From assembly GCA_046758505.1 (NCBI GenBank), contig JBHIAH010000028.1, positions 1-27,900 of the forward strand: a stretch of 27,900 nt of DNA, read 5' to 3'. Of this stretch, positions 9,886-19,895 are shown piece after piece. The notes beneath the pieces were generated by a model, which was not told where the DNA came from, searched no databases, and was given only the letters and a program-made list of their open reading frames with translations. Numbering within the stretch: position 1 is the stretch's first letter; each line of letters begins with the position of its first letter. This DNA is from Candidatus Methylomirabilales bacterium. GTDB lineage: Bacteria > Methylomirabilota > Methylomirabilia > Methylomirabilales > CSP1-5. Both the position numbers and the translations under genes were made by a program.

Positions 9886-11141
9886 GTGCGGCTTGCCGGT
9901 TTGCCGTGGGGGCTCGCCCGTCGGATCCTTACCTTCAAGATGCTCCGCTTGTCTGACTCCGTGACGAGAAAGTGCATGCCCCCGTATTGAGTTTCCTCCC
10001 CCGCATCGGGGATCTTCTGGAGGAGGGAAAGGAGGAACCCGCCCAGGGTTTCGTATTCCCCTTCGGGGAGCCGAATCCCAAGCTCCTCGTTGAGCCGGTC
10101 CACCTCCATGCGTGCGTCGACTATGTACGAGCCGTCGGCAAGGCGCCTCAGCGGAGGTGGTTCCTCGTCGTATTCGTCCTCGATCTCGCCCACGATCTCC
10201 TCAAGAAGATCCTCCACCGTCACGATTCCCACAACCCCGCCGTACTCGTCCACCACGATGGCCATCAGGACCCGCCCCCGCTGCATCTCTTGGAGCAGAT
10301 CGTCGACCAGTTTTGTCTCCGGGACATAGTAGGCAGGGCGGACTAAGGGGCGGAGAGGCGTCTCGGGGTCCGCCGAGAGGAGGTTGAAGGCGTGGACAAT
10401 CCCGACGATCTGATCGATCCGCTCCTCGTACACTGGGATGCGGGAGAAGTGGTGCTCGCTCACCAGTGCGACGGCCTCGGCCACCGTTGCCTCAGCAGGG
10501 AGCGCCACCACCTCGATGAGAGGGATCATGGCCTCCTGCACGGTGGTTTCTCCGAAGTGAATGATCTTGTGGATCATCCGCCGCTCCTCGGTCTCGAGGT
10601 CGGCTTGGTGATTGCCCTCCTGTACCAGGAACTTGAGTTCCTCGCGGGTAATATAGGGATCGTGCCCCACCACGGGGATCTGGAGGGGGCTGAGGAAAAG
10701 GGTAGAGACCCGGCGAATGATGTTGCTCAGCGGTGCAAATAACCGGAGGCAGAGATGGAGGGGTGGCGCCAGGAGGGGGGCCAGGCGAGTCGCGTGGTGG
10801 CGGAAGTACGCCTTGGGGATCATCTCCCCGAAGAGGAGGACGAGGGGCGTCAGAAGAACCGCCGCGTAGTACTCCCCGCCTACCCCGAAGAGGGAGAGGC
10901 AGAGCAGGGCGGCCACAGCCGAGTTGGTCACGAGACAGAGGTTCGTGCCGACCAGGGTGGTCGCCAGAAGCTGGTCCGGTCGCTCCAACAACCGCTGGGC
11001 CACCTGGGCTCCCTTCACGCCTTCTCCCGCTTGGTGGCGAATCTTGATCCGATCGCAGGAAACGAGAGCCATCTCCGACCCGGAGAAGAATCCCTCGAGC
11101 AACAGGAGAACGGGAATGGCCAGGGCGAGCAGGAGCATCAT
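9882..11141 (-). CDS. CNNM/DUF21-CBS-CorC_HlyC family membrane protein (hemolysin/Mg2+-Co2+ transporter family)
   Basis: FFSGSEMAL, LFGEMIPK, FSRIPVY, VVDEYGG..GIVTVEDLLEEIVGEI.DE, C-terminal CorC domain (YETLGG). Confidence 0.92.
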   Translation of the reverse strand: MMLLLALAIPVLLLLEGFFSGSEMALVSCDRIKIRHQAGEGVKGAQVAQRLLERPDQLLATTLVGTNLCLVTNSAVAALLCLSLFGVGGEYYAAVLLTPLVLLFGEMIPKAYFRHHATRLAPLLAPPLHLCLRLFAPLSNIIRRVSTLFLSPLQIPVVGHDPYITREELKFLVQEGNHQADLETEERRMIHKIIHFGETTVQEAMIPLIEVVALPAEATVAEAVALVSEHHFSRIPVYEERIDQIVGIVHAFNLLSADPETPLRPLVRPAYYVPETKLVDDLLQEMQRGRVLMAIVVDEYGGVVGIVTVEDLLEEIVGEIEDEYDEEPPPLRRLADGSYIVDARMEVDRLNEELGIRLPEGEYETLGGFLLSLLQKIPDAGEETQYGGMHFLVTESDKRSILKVRIRRASPHGKPASRT

Positions 11142-12181
11142 GCCCGGCGCTCCTCCGGGGAGACTGCGGGGGTGGGGGGGACCCGATCGAACTCGTCAAC
11201 GATCTCGCCGACCAGCTCCTCGAGGAGATCCTCGAGCGTCACCAGTCCGGCGGTCGCGCCGTATTCGTTGACCACAATCGCCATGTGCTGCCGCCGTCGC
11301 TGGAACTCCTTGAGGAGGGTATCAATGCGTTTGGTCTCCGGAACGAAGAAAGGCGGGTGGAGCAGGGAATTCAGCGTGGGCAGGGGCGATCCGCCCGCCT
11401 TGGCCTGGAGAAGATCTTTGATAAGAAGGATTCCTACGATCCGGTCGACCGTCTCTTGGTAGACGGGGACCCGGGAAAAGGCGGCCTCCTGCACCCGCGC
11501 CACCGCCTCATCGAAGGAGAGGGTGACGTCCAGGCAGAACAGGTCTCTGCGCGGTGTCATGACCTGCCGGACCCGTACCTCCGCGAAGGCCAGCGCGCGC
11601 TCGATCATCTTGTGCTCGTTCGGTTCCACGACCCCTTCCTCGCGTCCCACATCCAGGATGACCTTGAACTCCTCTTCGGAAATACCCGAGGGGCTCAGCG
11701 TGCTCGGAACCCCCAGCGCCTTCAAGCAGAGGTCGACCACCCGCTTGATGACGCCCCGCACCGGGGTGATGAGGAAGGAAAAGAAAGTGAGGGGACGTGC
11801 GACGAACCGCGAGACCGGTTCCGAGTATGCGAACGCGACCATTTTGGGGCTGAGCTCCCCGAAGATCAAGATCAGGGGGAGCATCAAGAGAACGGACAGC
11901 CACGCGTGATGCGGGCCCCAGAGGTAGAAGACGAACGAGGTCATGGTGACCGAGGCGGTGACGTTGACCAGCTCGTTGCCGATGAGGATAGTGACGATGG
12001 TCCGGGTCGGCCGCTCGAGGAGCGTGAGGACCTCTCCTGTTCGCTCGTATTCCGTCTGAGAGGCCCGCTGGAGCCGCAAGCGCCTGAGAGAAAAGAGGGC
12101 GGTCTCGGAGGCCGAGAAGAAAGCCGACAGGAAGAGGAGGAGGAGTAACCCGATCAGATAGAAGACTATGGTCTCGTCCAA
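11138..12181 (-). CDS. CNNM/DUF21-CBS family membrane protein lacking the CorC domain
   Basis: [46 protein letters not shown]; start uncertain (TTG 12181 vs GTG 12214); overlaps next gene by ATGA. Confidence 0.9.
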   Translation of the reverse strand: MDETIVFYLIGLLLLLFLSAFFSASETALFSLRRLRLQRASQTEYERTGEVLTLLERPTRTIVTILIGNELVNVTASVTMTSFVFYLWGPHHAWLSVLLMLPLILIFGELSPKMVAFAYSEPVSRFVARPLTFFSFLITPVRGVIKRVVDLCLKALGVPSTLSPSGISEEEFKVILDVGREEGVVEPNEHKMIERALAFAEVRVRQVMTPRRDLFCLDVTLSFDEAVARVQEAAFSRVPVYQETVDRIVGILLIKDLLQAKAGGSPLPTLNSLLHPPFFVPETKRIDTLLKEFQRRRQHMAIVVNEYGATAGLVTLEDLLEELVGEIVDEFDRVPPTPAVSPEERRA

Positions 12182-12308
12182 AGATCCGATCTGCCCACCA
12201 GGGCCGTGCCCCACCAGGCTTTAACCGACCAGGGGGCCGCGGGTGCTGGTACGTAACTTGCAGAAATTACAGTCCACAAATCCATAGCATTCCAACACCT
12301 TTTCACGT

Positions 12309-12338
12309 ATTATACCAGCGTTCGGGGTCCCTTGTAAA
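12309..12338 (-). promoter_or_regulatory. Putative sigma70 promoter for the CNNM pair
   Basis: Minus strand TTTACA-N18-TATAAT with extended -10 TGn. Confidence 0.6.
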
Positions 12339-12363
12339 GGACGAGTCACCGAGGGAGAGAGGC

Positions 12364-13578
12364 GTGGGAATTGGGAACAAGATTCTGCTGGGCTTCCTGG
12401 CCGTCATTTTGACGACCACGATCATGGCCACCCAGGACTATCTGACGGCCTTCACCAGCCTGCTGGTCGGTGGAGTCATTGCCAAAATTCTGGCCGGGAT
12501 GATCGGAAAGAGGATGGAGGCGCTGGTGGGCGCCACTCGGGTCATCAGCCAAGGGGACCTGACGAAAGAGGTCGCCGTCGACTCCCGGGACGAACTGGGC
12601 CAGTTGGCCAATGCATTTAACCGGATGGTCGTGAGCCTTCGGGAGGTAGTTCGAGAGACCAAGGGGACGGCGGATGGGGTCGGCCAATCAACCATGGCCT
12701 TGAGTGACACGGCCGAGGCCATGAACAGGGCCACCGAAGAGATCGCCGCGAGGGTGGACCAGATTGCCAGGGGGGCGGAGAGACAAGTGTTGCTGGTCGG
12801 GGAGGGGGTGCGGGTGGTGCACGAGCTGGCCCACTCCGCAAGCGAAATCGCTGCCCGGGCGCGCTCCACCGCCCAGGAGGTGGCGGAGGCCGGGACCACC
12901 GCCGAGTCAGGGGGAAAATCCGCGCAGGAGACCATGGGAAAGATGGCGGAGGTCTTTAGCCTCTTGGAGGGCCTGGCCGGAGGGGTGAAGGGCTTCGGGG
13001 AGAAGACACAGCAGATTGGGACCATTGTGGAGCTTATCACCCGGATTGCCCATCAGACGCATCTGCTTGCCCTCAATGCGACCATCGAGGCAGCCCGGGC
13101 CGGCGAACACGGACGGGGCTTTGCGGTGGTTGCGGATGAGGTCCGAAAGCTGGCGGGCGAGGCGGGCTCCTCGGCTGAGCAGATCGCCAAGCTCGCGCAG
13201 GAGGTCCGTGAGGAGAGTGGTGAGGTCCTGGAGTCGATGGAGACGGCGGGGAAGGGAATCGGGTCCGGGCGTGAGGCCCTCCGATTTACCGAGCAAGCCC
13301 TCCGGGACATCGTGCGGACGGTGGTCGAACAGGTCAAGCGCGTGCAGGAGATCTCTCACCTCACCGAGCAACAGACCCAGGGGGCCGAGGCCTTGGTAAA
13401 CACGATTGACGAAATCGCCAAGGTCGCCCAGGACCACGCCATCTCCACGCATCAGGCCTCGGCAGCAACCAAGCAACAGACCACCTCGATGGAGCAGATG
13501 GCCTTGAGCGCTCAGGAGTTGAGCGTCATGGCGGATAAGCTCCGGGAAAAGGTCTCCCGGTTCCGGGTCAATGGATGA
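12364..13578 (+). CDS. Methyl-accepting chemotaxis protein (2 TM, HAMP, no periplasmic sensor)
   Basis: HAMP (GDLT...[13 protein letters not shown]), signalling hairpin [37 protein letters not shown]. Confidence 0.95.
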   Translation: MGIGNKILLGFLAVILTTTIMATQDYLTAFTSLLVGGVIAKILAGMIGKRMEALVGATRVISQGDLTKEVAVDSRDELGQLANAFNRMVVSLREVVRETKGTADGVGQSTMALSDTAEAMNRATEEIAARVDQIARGAERQVLLVGEGVRVVHELAHSASEIAARARSTAQEVAEAGTTAESGGKSAQETMGKMAEVFSLLEGLAGGVKGFGEKTQQIGTIVELITRIAHQTHLLALNATIEAARAGEHGRGFAVVADEVRKLAGEAGSSAEQIAKLAQEVREESGEVLESMETAGKGIGSGREALRFTEQALRDIVRTVVEQVKRVQEISHLTEQQTQGAEALVNTIDEIAKVAQDHAISTHQASAATKQQTTSMEQMALSAQELSVMADKLREKVSRFRVNG

Positions 13579-14047
13579 GAGGGTCGAGAGCCTCGCGGCG
13601 CCCGAGGGACGCCTCTTCGTGTTGCTTCAAGTTCGGGGCGAGCCCTTTGCCCTTCCTTCGGGGCACGTGCGGGCCGTCACCCCCGTCGGCCGGATCACGC
13701 GGGTCCTCCGCACTCCCCGCAATGTCCGGGGCGTGGCGAATTGGCGGGGAAAGGTTCTGACCCTCTACGATCTGGGAGAGGACCTGGGGCTGCCAGGGCG
13801 CCCCGCTCCCGCCCCGTATGCCGTGGTCCTGGCCCCGAAAGATGAGGACTACGATGTGGGGATTTTGGCCGAACAGGTCAGGGAAGTCCGCGCCATCCCG
13901 GAGGACCTCCTCGAGTCCCTCTCCTCAGGCGGGAGCCTCTTCCACGGGGTCATCCATCTGGACGGCATTCCTGTCATGATCCTTGATCCCAAACCCCTGC
14001 TGCATCGCCTGGCGATGGCAGTGCTGTCGGATGCCTCTCCTGGATAA
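13571..14047 (+). CDS. cheW: CheW-family coupling protein
   Basis: F.L....V..V.....ITRV...[15 protein letters not shown] pattern; lies between MCP and cheA. Confidence 0.88.
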   Translation: MDERVESLAAPEGRLFVLLQVRGEPFALPSGHVRAVTPVGRITRVLRTPRNVRGVANWRGKVLTLYDLGEDLGLPGRPAPAPYAVVLAPKDEDYDVGILAEQVREVRAIPEDLLESLSSGGSLFHGVIHLDGIPVMILDPKPLLHRLAMAVLSDASPG

Positions 14048-14061
14048 AGAGGTCACAACCA

Positions 14062-15582
14062 ATGGACCTCAGCAAGTACCTGAAGATCTTTCTCACCGAT
14101 TCCCAAGAGCATCTTCAGCGGATGGATGAGTTCTTGCTCCGGTTGGAGCGCCATCCCGAAGATGCGCAGGCGATCGATGCCCTCTTTCGCTCCGCCCACT
14201 CCCTCAAAGGGATGGCAACCACGATGGGTTTCGACGACCTTTCCAAGATCGCCCATTCCCTTGAGAGTTTTCTCGAGCCCTGTCGCAGGGGCGTTCAGCA
14301 GATCGACCGGCAGGGGATCGACCTCCTGCTCCAGGGCGTGGACCTGCTCCGGCAGTCGATTGCGGAGGTGGATGCCGAAAAGGGCACCGGGGGGTCGGAG
14401 GGACAGGGAGGGAAGGGGACCAGACTGTCGAAGCCGTCTCGTCCGCCTGCCCCTCAAGGCGGGACGGTGCGACGGGAGGGGATGCTCCGGGTGGCTCCAG
14501 AGCTCCTGGATGATCTGGTTGACCTCACCAACGAACTCCTGGTCGCTCAGGAGGATTTGGGGAGTGAAGAGCAGGCCGCGAAATTTCAGACCCTCATTCA
14601 GGCCGTGGGCCATCAGGCCATGCGCCTCAGAATGGTGCCCCTCCAGACGGTTGCCGACCGGTTCCCTCGGATGGTCCGCGACCTGGCCAGACAGGGAAAC
14701 AAGGAGGTTGCCTTCCAGGTCAAGGGCAGCGATGTGGAAATGGATCGGGCGCTCTTGGAAGGTGTGGCTGAGCCGCTGATGCACCTGCTCCGCAACGCGG
14801 TGGACCATGGGATAGAAGGGCCGGAGGAGCGGATCAAATCTGAGAAGCCGAGCGAGGGGAAGGTGCGCCTGGAGGCCGCAAAGGAGAAGGACGGAGTCAT
14901 CATCCGGGTGCGCGATGATGGGCGGGGAATTGACCCGGACGCGGTCCGTCAGACCGCTGTGGCCCGGGGACTCCTCTCCGAGGCAAAGGCCCGAACGCTC
15001 TCGGAAACCGACGTTTTCCGCCTGCTCACCCTGCCGGGCTTCAGCACCAAGGCGGAGGTCTCGGAGATCTCCGGCAGAGGCGTGGGTCTGGATGCAGTCC
15101 AGTCCACGATCCAGTCTCTCCAGGGGAGTCTGCTGCTGGAATCCGTGCCTGGGGAGGGGACCACGGTCACCCTGAAGCTTCCCCTGACCCTGATCCGCTT
15201 ACCGGTCCTCTTGGTCCAGGTGGGGGATGAGACCTACGCCATTCCCGTCACCCAGGTCCGGGCCACCCTGGATTGCCCGCCGGAAAAGGTGAGGCCGATG
15301 GGTGGCCGGGAGGTCTTGATCCGAAACGAGGCCCAGGTCCCGGTGGTCCAGCTGCGGGGTCTCGTGGGCTTTCCCATACTCGTCACCGCCTCCCTCGTGG
15401 TCGTGGTCGAGTCGCGCGGGAAGGAAGTCGGGGTGCTGGTGGACAAGATCTTGGAGTATCGGGAGGTGGTGGTGAAGTCGTTCCGGTCCCCCCTGCGAGG
15501 CTTGAAGGGGTTGGGGGGAATGACCATCCTCGGGGATGGCCTGGTGGTCCCGATCTTGGATTTCGAGACCCTGTTACCGTAA
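14062..15582 (+). CDS. cheA: Chemotaxis histidine kinase CheA (compact, no P2 domain)
   Basis: Hpt FRSAHSLKG, HLLRNAVDHGIE, DDGRGID, PGFST...SGRGVGLD, C-terminal CheW-like domain; only 506 aa. Confidence 0.93.
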   Translation: MDLSKYLKIFLTDSQEHLQRMDEFLLRLERHPEDAQAIDALFRSAHSLKGMATTMGFDDLSKIAHSLESFLEPCRRGVQQIDRQGIDLLLQGVDLLRQSIAEVDAEKGTGGSEGQGGKGTRLSKPSRPPAPQGGTVRREGMLRVAPELLDDLVDLTNELLVAQEDLGSEEQAAKFQTLIQAVGHQAMRLRMVPLQTVADRFPRMVRDLARQGNKEVAFQVKGSDVEMDRALLEGVAEPLMHLLRNAVDHGIEGPEERIKSEKPSEGKVRLEAAKEKDGVIIRVRDDGRGIDPDAVRQTAVARGLLSEAKARTLSETDVFRLLTLPGFSTKAEVSEISGRGVGLDAVQSTIQSLQGSLLLESVPGEGTTVTLKLPLTLIRLPVLLVQVGDETYAIPVTQVRATLDCPPEKVRPMGGREVLIRNEAQVPVVQLRGLVGFPILVTASLVVVVESRGKEVGVLVDKILEYREVVVKSFRSPLRGLKGLGGMTILGDGLVVPILDFETLLP

Positions 15583-15597
15583 CGACAGAAGAGTGCA

Positions 15598-16428
15598 ATG
15601 CCGGGCGGGATCTCTCTCAAGCACGAGGCCCTGCGATCCCATCTCCGGGAGATGGGTCGGGTGGTCCTCGCCTTTTCGGGGGGTGTGGACAGCACCTTCC
15701 TCCTCAAGGTGGCGCACGACGTCTTGGGGGAGAGGGTGCTCGCGGTCACGGCCGCCTCCGCCACGGTCCCGCCAGGGGAGCTCGAAGAGGCCGTGACCCT
15801 GGCGGCTTCGATCGGCGCCCGCCATCGCATCATCCGGTCGGAGGAGATGGCCAACCCGGCCTTTCAGGCCAATCCCCGCAACCGCTGCTATTACTGTAAG
15901 GAGGAGCTCTTTAGCAAGCTCACCGCGCTGGCCCGGGCCGAGCACATCCCCTTTGTCCTCGACGGCGCCAACCTGGATGATCTCACCGATCACCGGCCGG
16001 GCCGGCAGGCGGCGAAGGAGTACCAGGTCCGGAGTCCCCTGGTCGAGGCGCGTCTGAGCAAGGCCGACATCCGTGCGCTTTCCAAGGAGCTTGGGCTGCC
16101 CACCTGGGAAAAGCCGGCCATGGCCTGCCTCTCTTCCCGCTTCCCGTATGGGACGCCTATCACGGGTGAAGGCCTGAGACAGGTGGCGGCTGCTGAGCAG
16201 GGGCTGCACGGGCTCGGCTTTCGGCAGGTGCGGGTCCGGCATCATAAGGAGATGGCACGGGTCGAAGTCGGGCAGGAAGAGCTCCCCCGTTTACTCGATC
16301 CCACGTTGCAACGCCAGGTGGTGGAGGCCGTCAAGGCGGCCGGATATCGCTACGTGGCCGTCGACCCGGAGGGATATCGCACCGGGAGCCTCAACACCAC
16401 CATTTCTCGCCCAAACGAGTCCTCCTAG
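15598..16428 (+). CDS. larE: LarE-family ATP-dependent sulfur insertase (NPN cofactor biosynthesis)
   Basis: PP-loop AFSGGVDS, RCYYCK, DHRPG..A, KPAMACLSSRFPYG, QVRVRHH, GYRTGSLN. Confidence 0.93.
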   Translation: MPGGISLKHEALRSHLREMGRVVLAFSGGVDSTFLLKVAHDVLGERVLAVTAASATVPPGELEEAVTLAASIGARHRIIRSEEMANPAFQANPRNRCYYCKEELFSKLTALARAEHIPFVLDGANLDDLTDHRPGRQAAKEYQVRSPLVEARLSKADIRALSKELGLPTWEKPAMACLSSRFPYGTPITGEGLRQVAAAEQGLHGLGFRQVRVRHHKEMARVEVGQEELPRLLDPTLQRQVVEAVKAAGYRYVAVDPEGYRTGSLNTTISRPNESS

Positions 16429-16465
16429 ACATTTCTCCCTAGAGCCTCGCCGGTTAGGACCAGCA

Positions 16466-16735
16466 ATGGTGAAGAAGAAGCAGAGGATGTGGGTGGAGGT
16501 GACCTGTGCTGATCCTTCGGTAGTCTTTCAGGGCGAGTGGCCAGGTCCCGAGGGGGCCGAAGAGATTGTGGCGTTGGCGCGGGAGAAGGCGATGGCGGTG
16601 GGATTGCCCGTGCAACTCGAGATCCACGGCCACGGGGTGTGGAGCATCGGGCCCACGGGCAAAATCCTCACCGGCCGCCTCTTCCGCCCAGACAAGCTGC
16701 CCCCTCACACCGAAAAGAAAAACGGGATCAGGTAA
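16466..16735 (+). CDS. Small hypothetical protein
   Basis: AGGA RBS, 89 aa, fills gap after larE; no recognised motif. Confidence 0.55.
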   Translation: MVKKKQRMWVEVTCADPSVVFQGEWPGPEGAEEIVALAREKAMAVGLPVQLEIHGHGVWSIGPTGKILTGRLFRPDKLPPHTEKKNGIR

Positions 16736-16794
16736 CGAGCGAAGGGCTCATGGGGTCAGCCTGACCCCACTTCCCACCTTCCTCTCCGCCTTCC

Positions 16795-17199
16795 TTACGG
16801 GCCGCCGGCGCTGTAGCCGCCGTTTCTCCCGAGAGACCGGATGACGGTCTTGAGGACTTGCTCAGCGGCGGGGCTGAGCTCGAGGAATTCCACCATAGTT
16901 TGGGAGTACAGGCCCCCGTCTGGTTGGCTGCGGATTTTGCGACTGTTCACGACTCGACACCGGATCGTCGAGAGATCTCCGTTAGTCCCGAGTTGTAGCA
17001 GGCAGGCGCTCTGTGGCTGAAACATCCCCTGGTGCTCCACGAGCGCTCCCGTCGGGGTCAAATCCAGCACCTCCGCCGCCTGAAGGGTCGTCATCCCCTC
17101 CGCAATCCCGGAGATGCGAAAGCGCGGAGCCTCGTGGCCCTGCAGCTCCTTATGATTCTCGGACACCTTGATCTCCCTTACCTGCTGATTTCCCTTCAC
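16795..17199 (-). CDS. PilZ-like domain protein (degenerate motifs)
   Basis: HEAPRF...VLDLTPTGALVE...CRVV..R...VEF.ELS matches PilZ barrel pattern; start uncertain. Confidence 0.65.
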   Translation of the reverse strand: MKGNQQVREIKVSENHKELQGHEAPRFRISGIAEGMTTLQAAEVLDLTPTGALVEHQGMFQPQSACLLQLGTNGDLSTIRCRVVNSRKIRSQPDGGLYSQTMVEFLELSPAAEQVLKTVIRSLGRNGGYSAGGP

Positions 17200-17569
17200 G
17201 AAAAAGGGGTACCGAGCGCCGCGGAGAAGTGTAGCAGAAATCGTACCAAGAACAAAGCGTCTTCGGCCCGTATTAGATTAACCTTTAATTTCACGAAGTT
17301 GTTTCTCGAAAATGACGCTCATGGCTGGCGGGGCACGCTCTCTTTCATGGACGGCATGGCCTCATCATGGGGGCAACTGTGCGAATTTTGGGCAGGCGAT
17401 ATCCTTCCCACCGGGGGGCCGGTGGGCCTCAAGTGCCGGTGGGGGGCAAACGAGGAATCGGAAGGGCGTCAGGCCCGATTACGTGAATGTAATGCGGTGC
17501 ATGTTTTGGGGTGCTTCGGTTCAAACACTACGGTTCAGGGAAGGGTGCTAAGGCACCTTGCTTGCCGGC

Positions 17570-18262
17570 TTAAAACTCAGCCGCGGGGAAGTGCCGACGG
17601 ATCTGGACATCGTCTTCCACCCCCTTGACCCCAGGGATATTTTCGACGAGGACTCTGACGGCCTTACGGATTTGGGCGTCACCTACGATGCCCCAGAGAT
17701 GCACGATCCCGTCGGCCACGGTCACCTGCACGGCAGGCCAGTCCAACCACTCGGCGCGCTGGAGCTCCTGGAAGATCCGCCGATGAATCTCTGCATCGGT
17801 GTGCGCCGCCTCCGCGGGAGCGACGGCGGGGCGCATGGCGAGGGCCCGGATCAAGTCGCGGCGGGTCACGATTCCTACGAGGCGACCCTCCTGCACGACC
17901 GGGACCCGCTTGATCCCCTCCTCTTCGAGGATCCGGGCGATCTCTTCGACGGGCGCTTCTTCTGTCACGCTTACGACCGGCTGGTTCATCACGTCCTCGA
18001 CGTGCCTGCCGTGGGCCCGAATGAATTCGCCAGCCATCTCTTTACTTTCCGCGAGAAACGCCAGCCACCATTTCTTGCGGCCGGGCTTTCGGAGTCGACG
18101 AATCAAGTCTGCCTCACTCACCATGCCGAGCACTTTGCCCCCGACGTCGACGACCGGGACGGCGCTTACCCTTTTGTCGAGCAGGAGGCGTGTGAGGGCT
18201 TCGACCGTCATCTCAGGCGTCGCCGTGACCACCTCTTTCGTCATCACGTCCCTTGCCAGCAT
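17570..18262 (-). CDS. CBS-pair plus BON domain protein
   Basis: MLARDVMT..VV, VSAVPVVD..G.V.GMVSE.DL, IKRVPVV..G.LVGIVTR.DL, BON VTV.DG.V.L.G...PGV..VED; AGGAGG RBS before ATG 18262. Confidence 0.92.
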   Translation of the reverse strand: MLARDVMTKEVVTATPEMTVEALTRLLLDKRVSAVPVVDVGGKVLGMVSEADLIRRLRKPGRKKWWLAFLAESKEMAGEFIRAHGRHVEDVMNQPVVSVTEEAPVEEIARILEEEGIKRVPVVQEGRLVGIVTRRDLIRALAMRPAVAPAEAAHTDAEIHRRIFQELQRAEWLDWPAVQVTVADGIVHLWGIVGDAQIRKAVRVLVENIPGVKGVEDDVQIRRHFPAAEF

Positions 18263-18367
18263 GACACTCCTCCTGTGGGCCGGTGCGTAAGAGGAAGACA
18301 CCTCCCCCGGATCCCCCGGATCCCCTGGAGCCACCGCCCCGAGCCAGCCTTGCGATCGGGCACTCGG

Positions 18368-18397
18368 AGTATATGACTGAGGTGGAGCCTGTGTCAA
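18368..18397 (-). promoter_or_regulatory. Putative sigma70 promoter for the CBS-BON gene
   Basis: Minus strand TTGACA-N18-TATACT, ~105 nt upstream of ATG. Confidence 0.6.
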
Positions 18398-18532
18398 TGG
18401 CGCAACAGAACCTGGGGGAGGGACGCTGAGGGCATGGCGTGGAGCTGTTTCTTGCGGCTTAGGGATGAAGCCTGCGGGGGCGTCGGCCACTGGTTTCACC
18501 CCGAGTGTCATCCCCCGAGTGCGGAGCAGGGC

Positions 18533-19729
18533 TCATGGGCTTTCCTCGCCCGATGATCTCACGAGGGCGCGGGCGGCCTCGACCGCGGCGGCCATGATCT
18601 CGCCGGCCGTCGTCCCTGCCGCCTCGGCCAGCTTTTGGCAATCCTCGTATTCGGGGGCGAGATGGATCGGGCGGCCCTGGAGGCGGCCGACCTTGACGCG
18701 TACGACTCCGAAGCGGGTCTCGACGGAGACGGTCTCGCGGGGAAGCGTCTGCCGGTGCATCCGCCTGGACCGGACGCCGAAGGTGCTGCTGAAGCGCAAC
18801 AGGACCGGCCCGATGCTCCCCTCGAGACCGGCCGGCACGATGGCCGAGACGACGGTGGCGGGGCGGGACTTTTTCATGATGATCGGGGTGAGGAACACAT
18901 CGAGGGCCCCGGCGGCAAAGAGGGCCGCCATGAGGGGCTCGTAGAGCTGGGGATTCATGTCGTCAATGTTCGTCTCGAGGACCGTGACCTCATCGCGTTC
19001 GAGGTCATCGATCTGCTCGCCGAGAATCAGGCGGAGCATATTCGCCCGCCCCGGAAGCTCCAGGCTTCCCGCCCCATAGCCGATGGCATCGACCTGGAGC
19101 GGGGGGAGGGCCCCGAACCCTTTGGCGAGGGTCGAGATGATGGCTGCCCCAGTCGGCGTGGTCAGCTCCGCCTCGACCGGACTTCCGTACAAGGGCACGC
19201 CGCGGAGGAGGTGGGCGGTCCCAGGCGCGGGGACGGGAAGCTCCCCGTGGGCCGCGTGGATCTTTCCCCCCCCTACGTTCAGCGCCGAGGCATAGATGTC
19301 CCGGATCTCGAGGGCGTCCAGGCCGATGATGGCCCCCGCCACGTCCACAATGGTGTCGACGGCTCCGACCTCGTGAAAATGAATCCGCTCCACCGGGACC
19401 CCGTGAACGGTCGCCTCGGCCTCGCCCAGCCGTTCAAAAATTCGGCGGGCCGGTGCCACCACCCCCTCTCGGAGGTCACTCTTTTCGAGGAGGGCCAGGA
19501 TATCCGAAAGGTGGCGGTGGGGATGAGGATCGGGAGGCGTGACGACCGCGACCCGCGTCCCGACAAACGCGCCCCGCCGGACCTTCTCCGCCCTGAGATC
19601 CACGCCGGCGAGCTTGAGCTTTGCGACCTCGGACCGGAGCGCCTCGACGGAAAGCCCGGCATCCACCAGGGCCCCCAGGATCATGTCGCCGCTACATCCG
19701 CTATAGCAATCGAAATACGCAATCCGCAT
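18533..19729 (-). CDS. larC: LarC nickel insertase (NPN cofactor biosynthesis), uninterrupted ORF
   Basis: YFDC.SG.SGDM.LGAL, HPHRH, HFHEVGAVD..VD, PVPAP, TPTGAA, ETNIDD, MKKSRP, PEYEDC. Confidence 0.95.
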   Translation of the reverse strand: MRIAYFDCYSGCSGDMILGALVDAGLSVEALRSEVAKLKLAGVDLRAEKVRRGAFVGTRVAVVTPPDPHPHRHLSDILALLEKSDLREGVVAPARRIFERLGEAEATVHGVPVERIHFHEVGAVDTIVDVAGAIIGLDALEIRDIYASALNVGGGKIHAAHGELPVPAPGTAHLLRGVPLYGSPVEAELTTPTGAAIISTLAKGFGALPPLQVDAIGYGAGSLELPGRANMLRLILGEQIDDLERDEVTVLETNIDDMNPQLYEPLMAALFAAGALDVFLTPIIMKKSRPATVVSAIVPAGLEGSIGPVLLRFSSTFGVRSRRMHRQTLPRETVSVETRFGVVRVKVGRLQGRPIHLAPEYEDCQKLAEAAGTTAGEIMAAAVEAARALVRSSGEESP

Positions 19730-19742
19730 GGTTCATCGCTTG

Positions 19743-19887
19743 AAGGCTAGGACGCTGGGACGCTAGGAGGCTCGAATTCGGGAGCCTGGGTGGTCAGGAA
19801 ACCATCGAGCGCGATCTCTCTCTCCCGCTAAATCAGGACTGCTGTTTCGAAGTTCTAAGCTTGCCAGCCCCCTCGCATCCTAGCCTT
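19743..19887. repeat. Inverted octamer tandem arrays between larB and larC
   Basis: GCTAGGAC GCTGGGAC GCTAGGAG GCTCGAAT ... TTCTAAGC TTGCCAGC CCCCTCGC ATCCTAGC; closing AAGGCTAGGA/TCCTAGCCTT perfect 10 bp. Confidence 0.7.
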
Positions 19888-19895
19888 GTGGCATT

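Noticed and set aside
18263..18511. 83-aa N-terminal extension of the CBS-BON protein
   Set aside because: Strong AGGAGG RBS at ATG 18262 and a promoter inside the extension indicate it is untranslated
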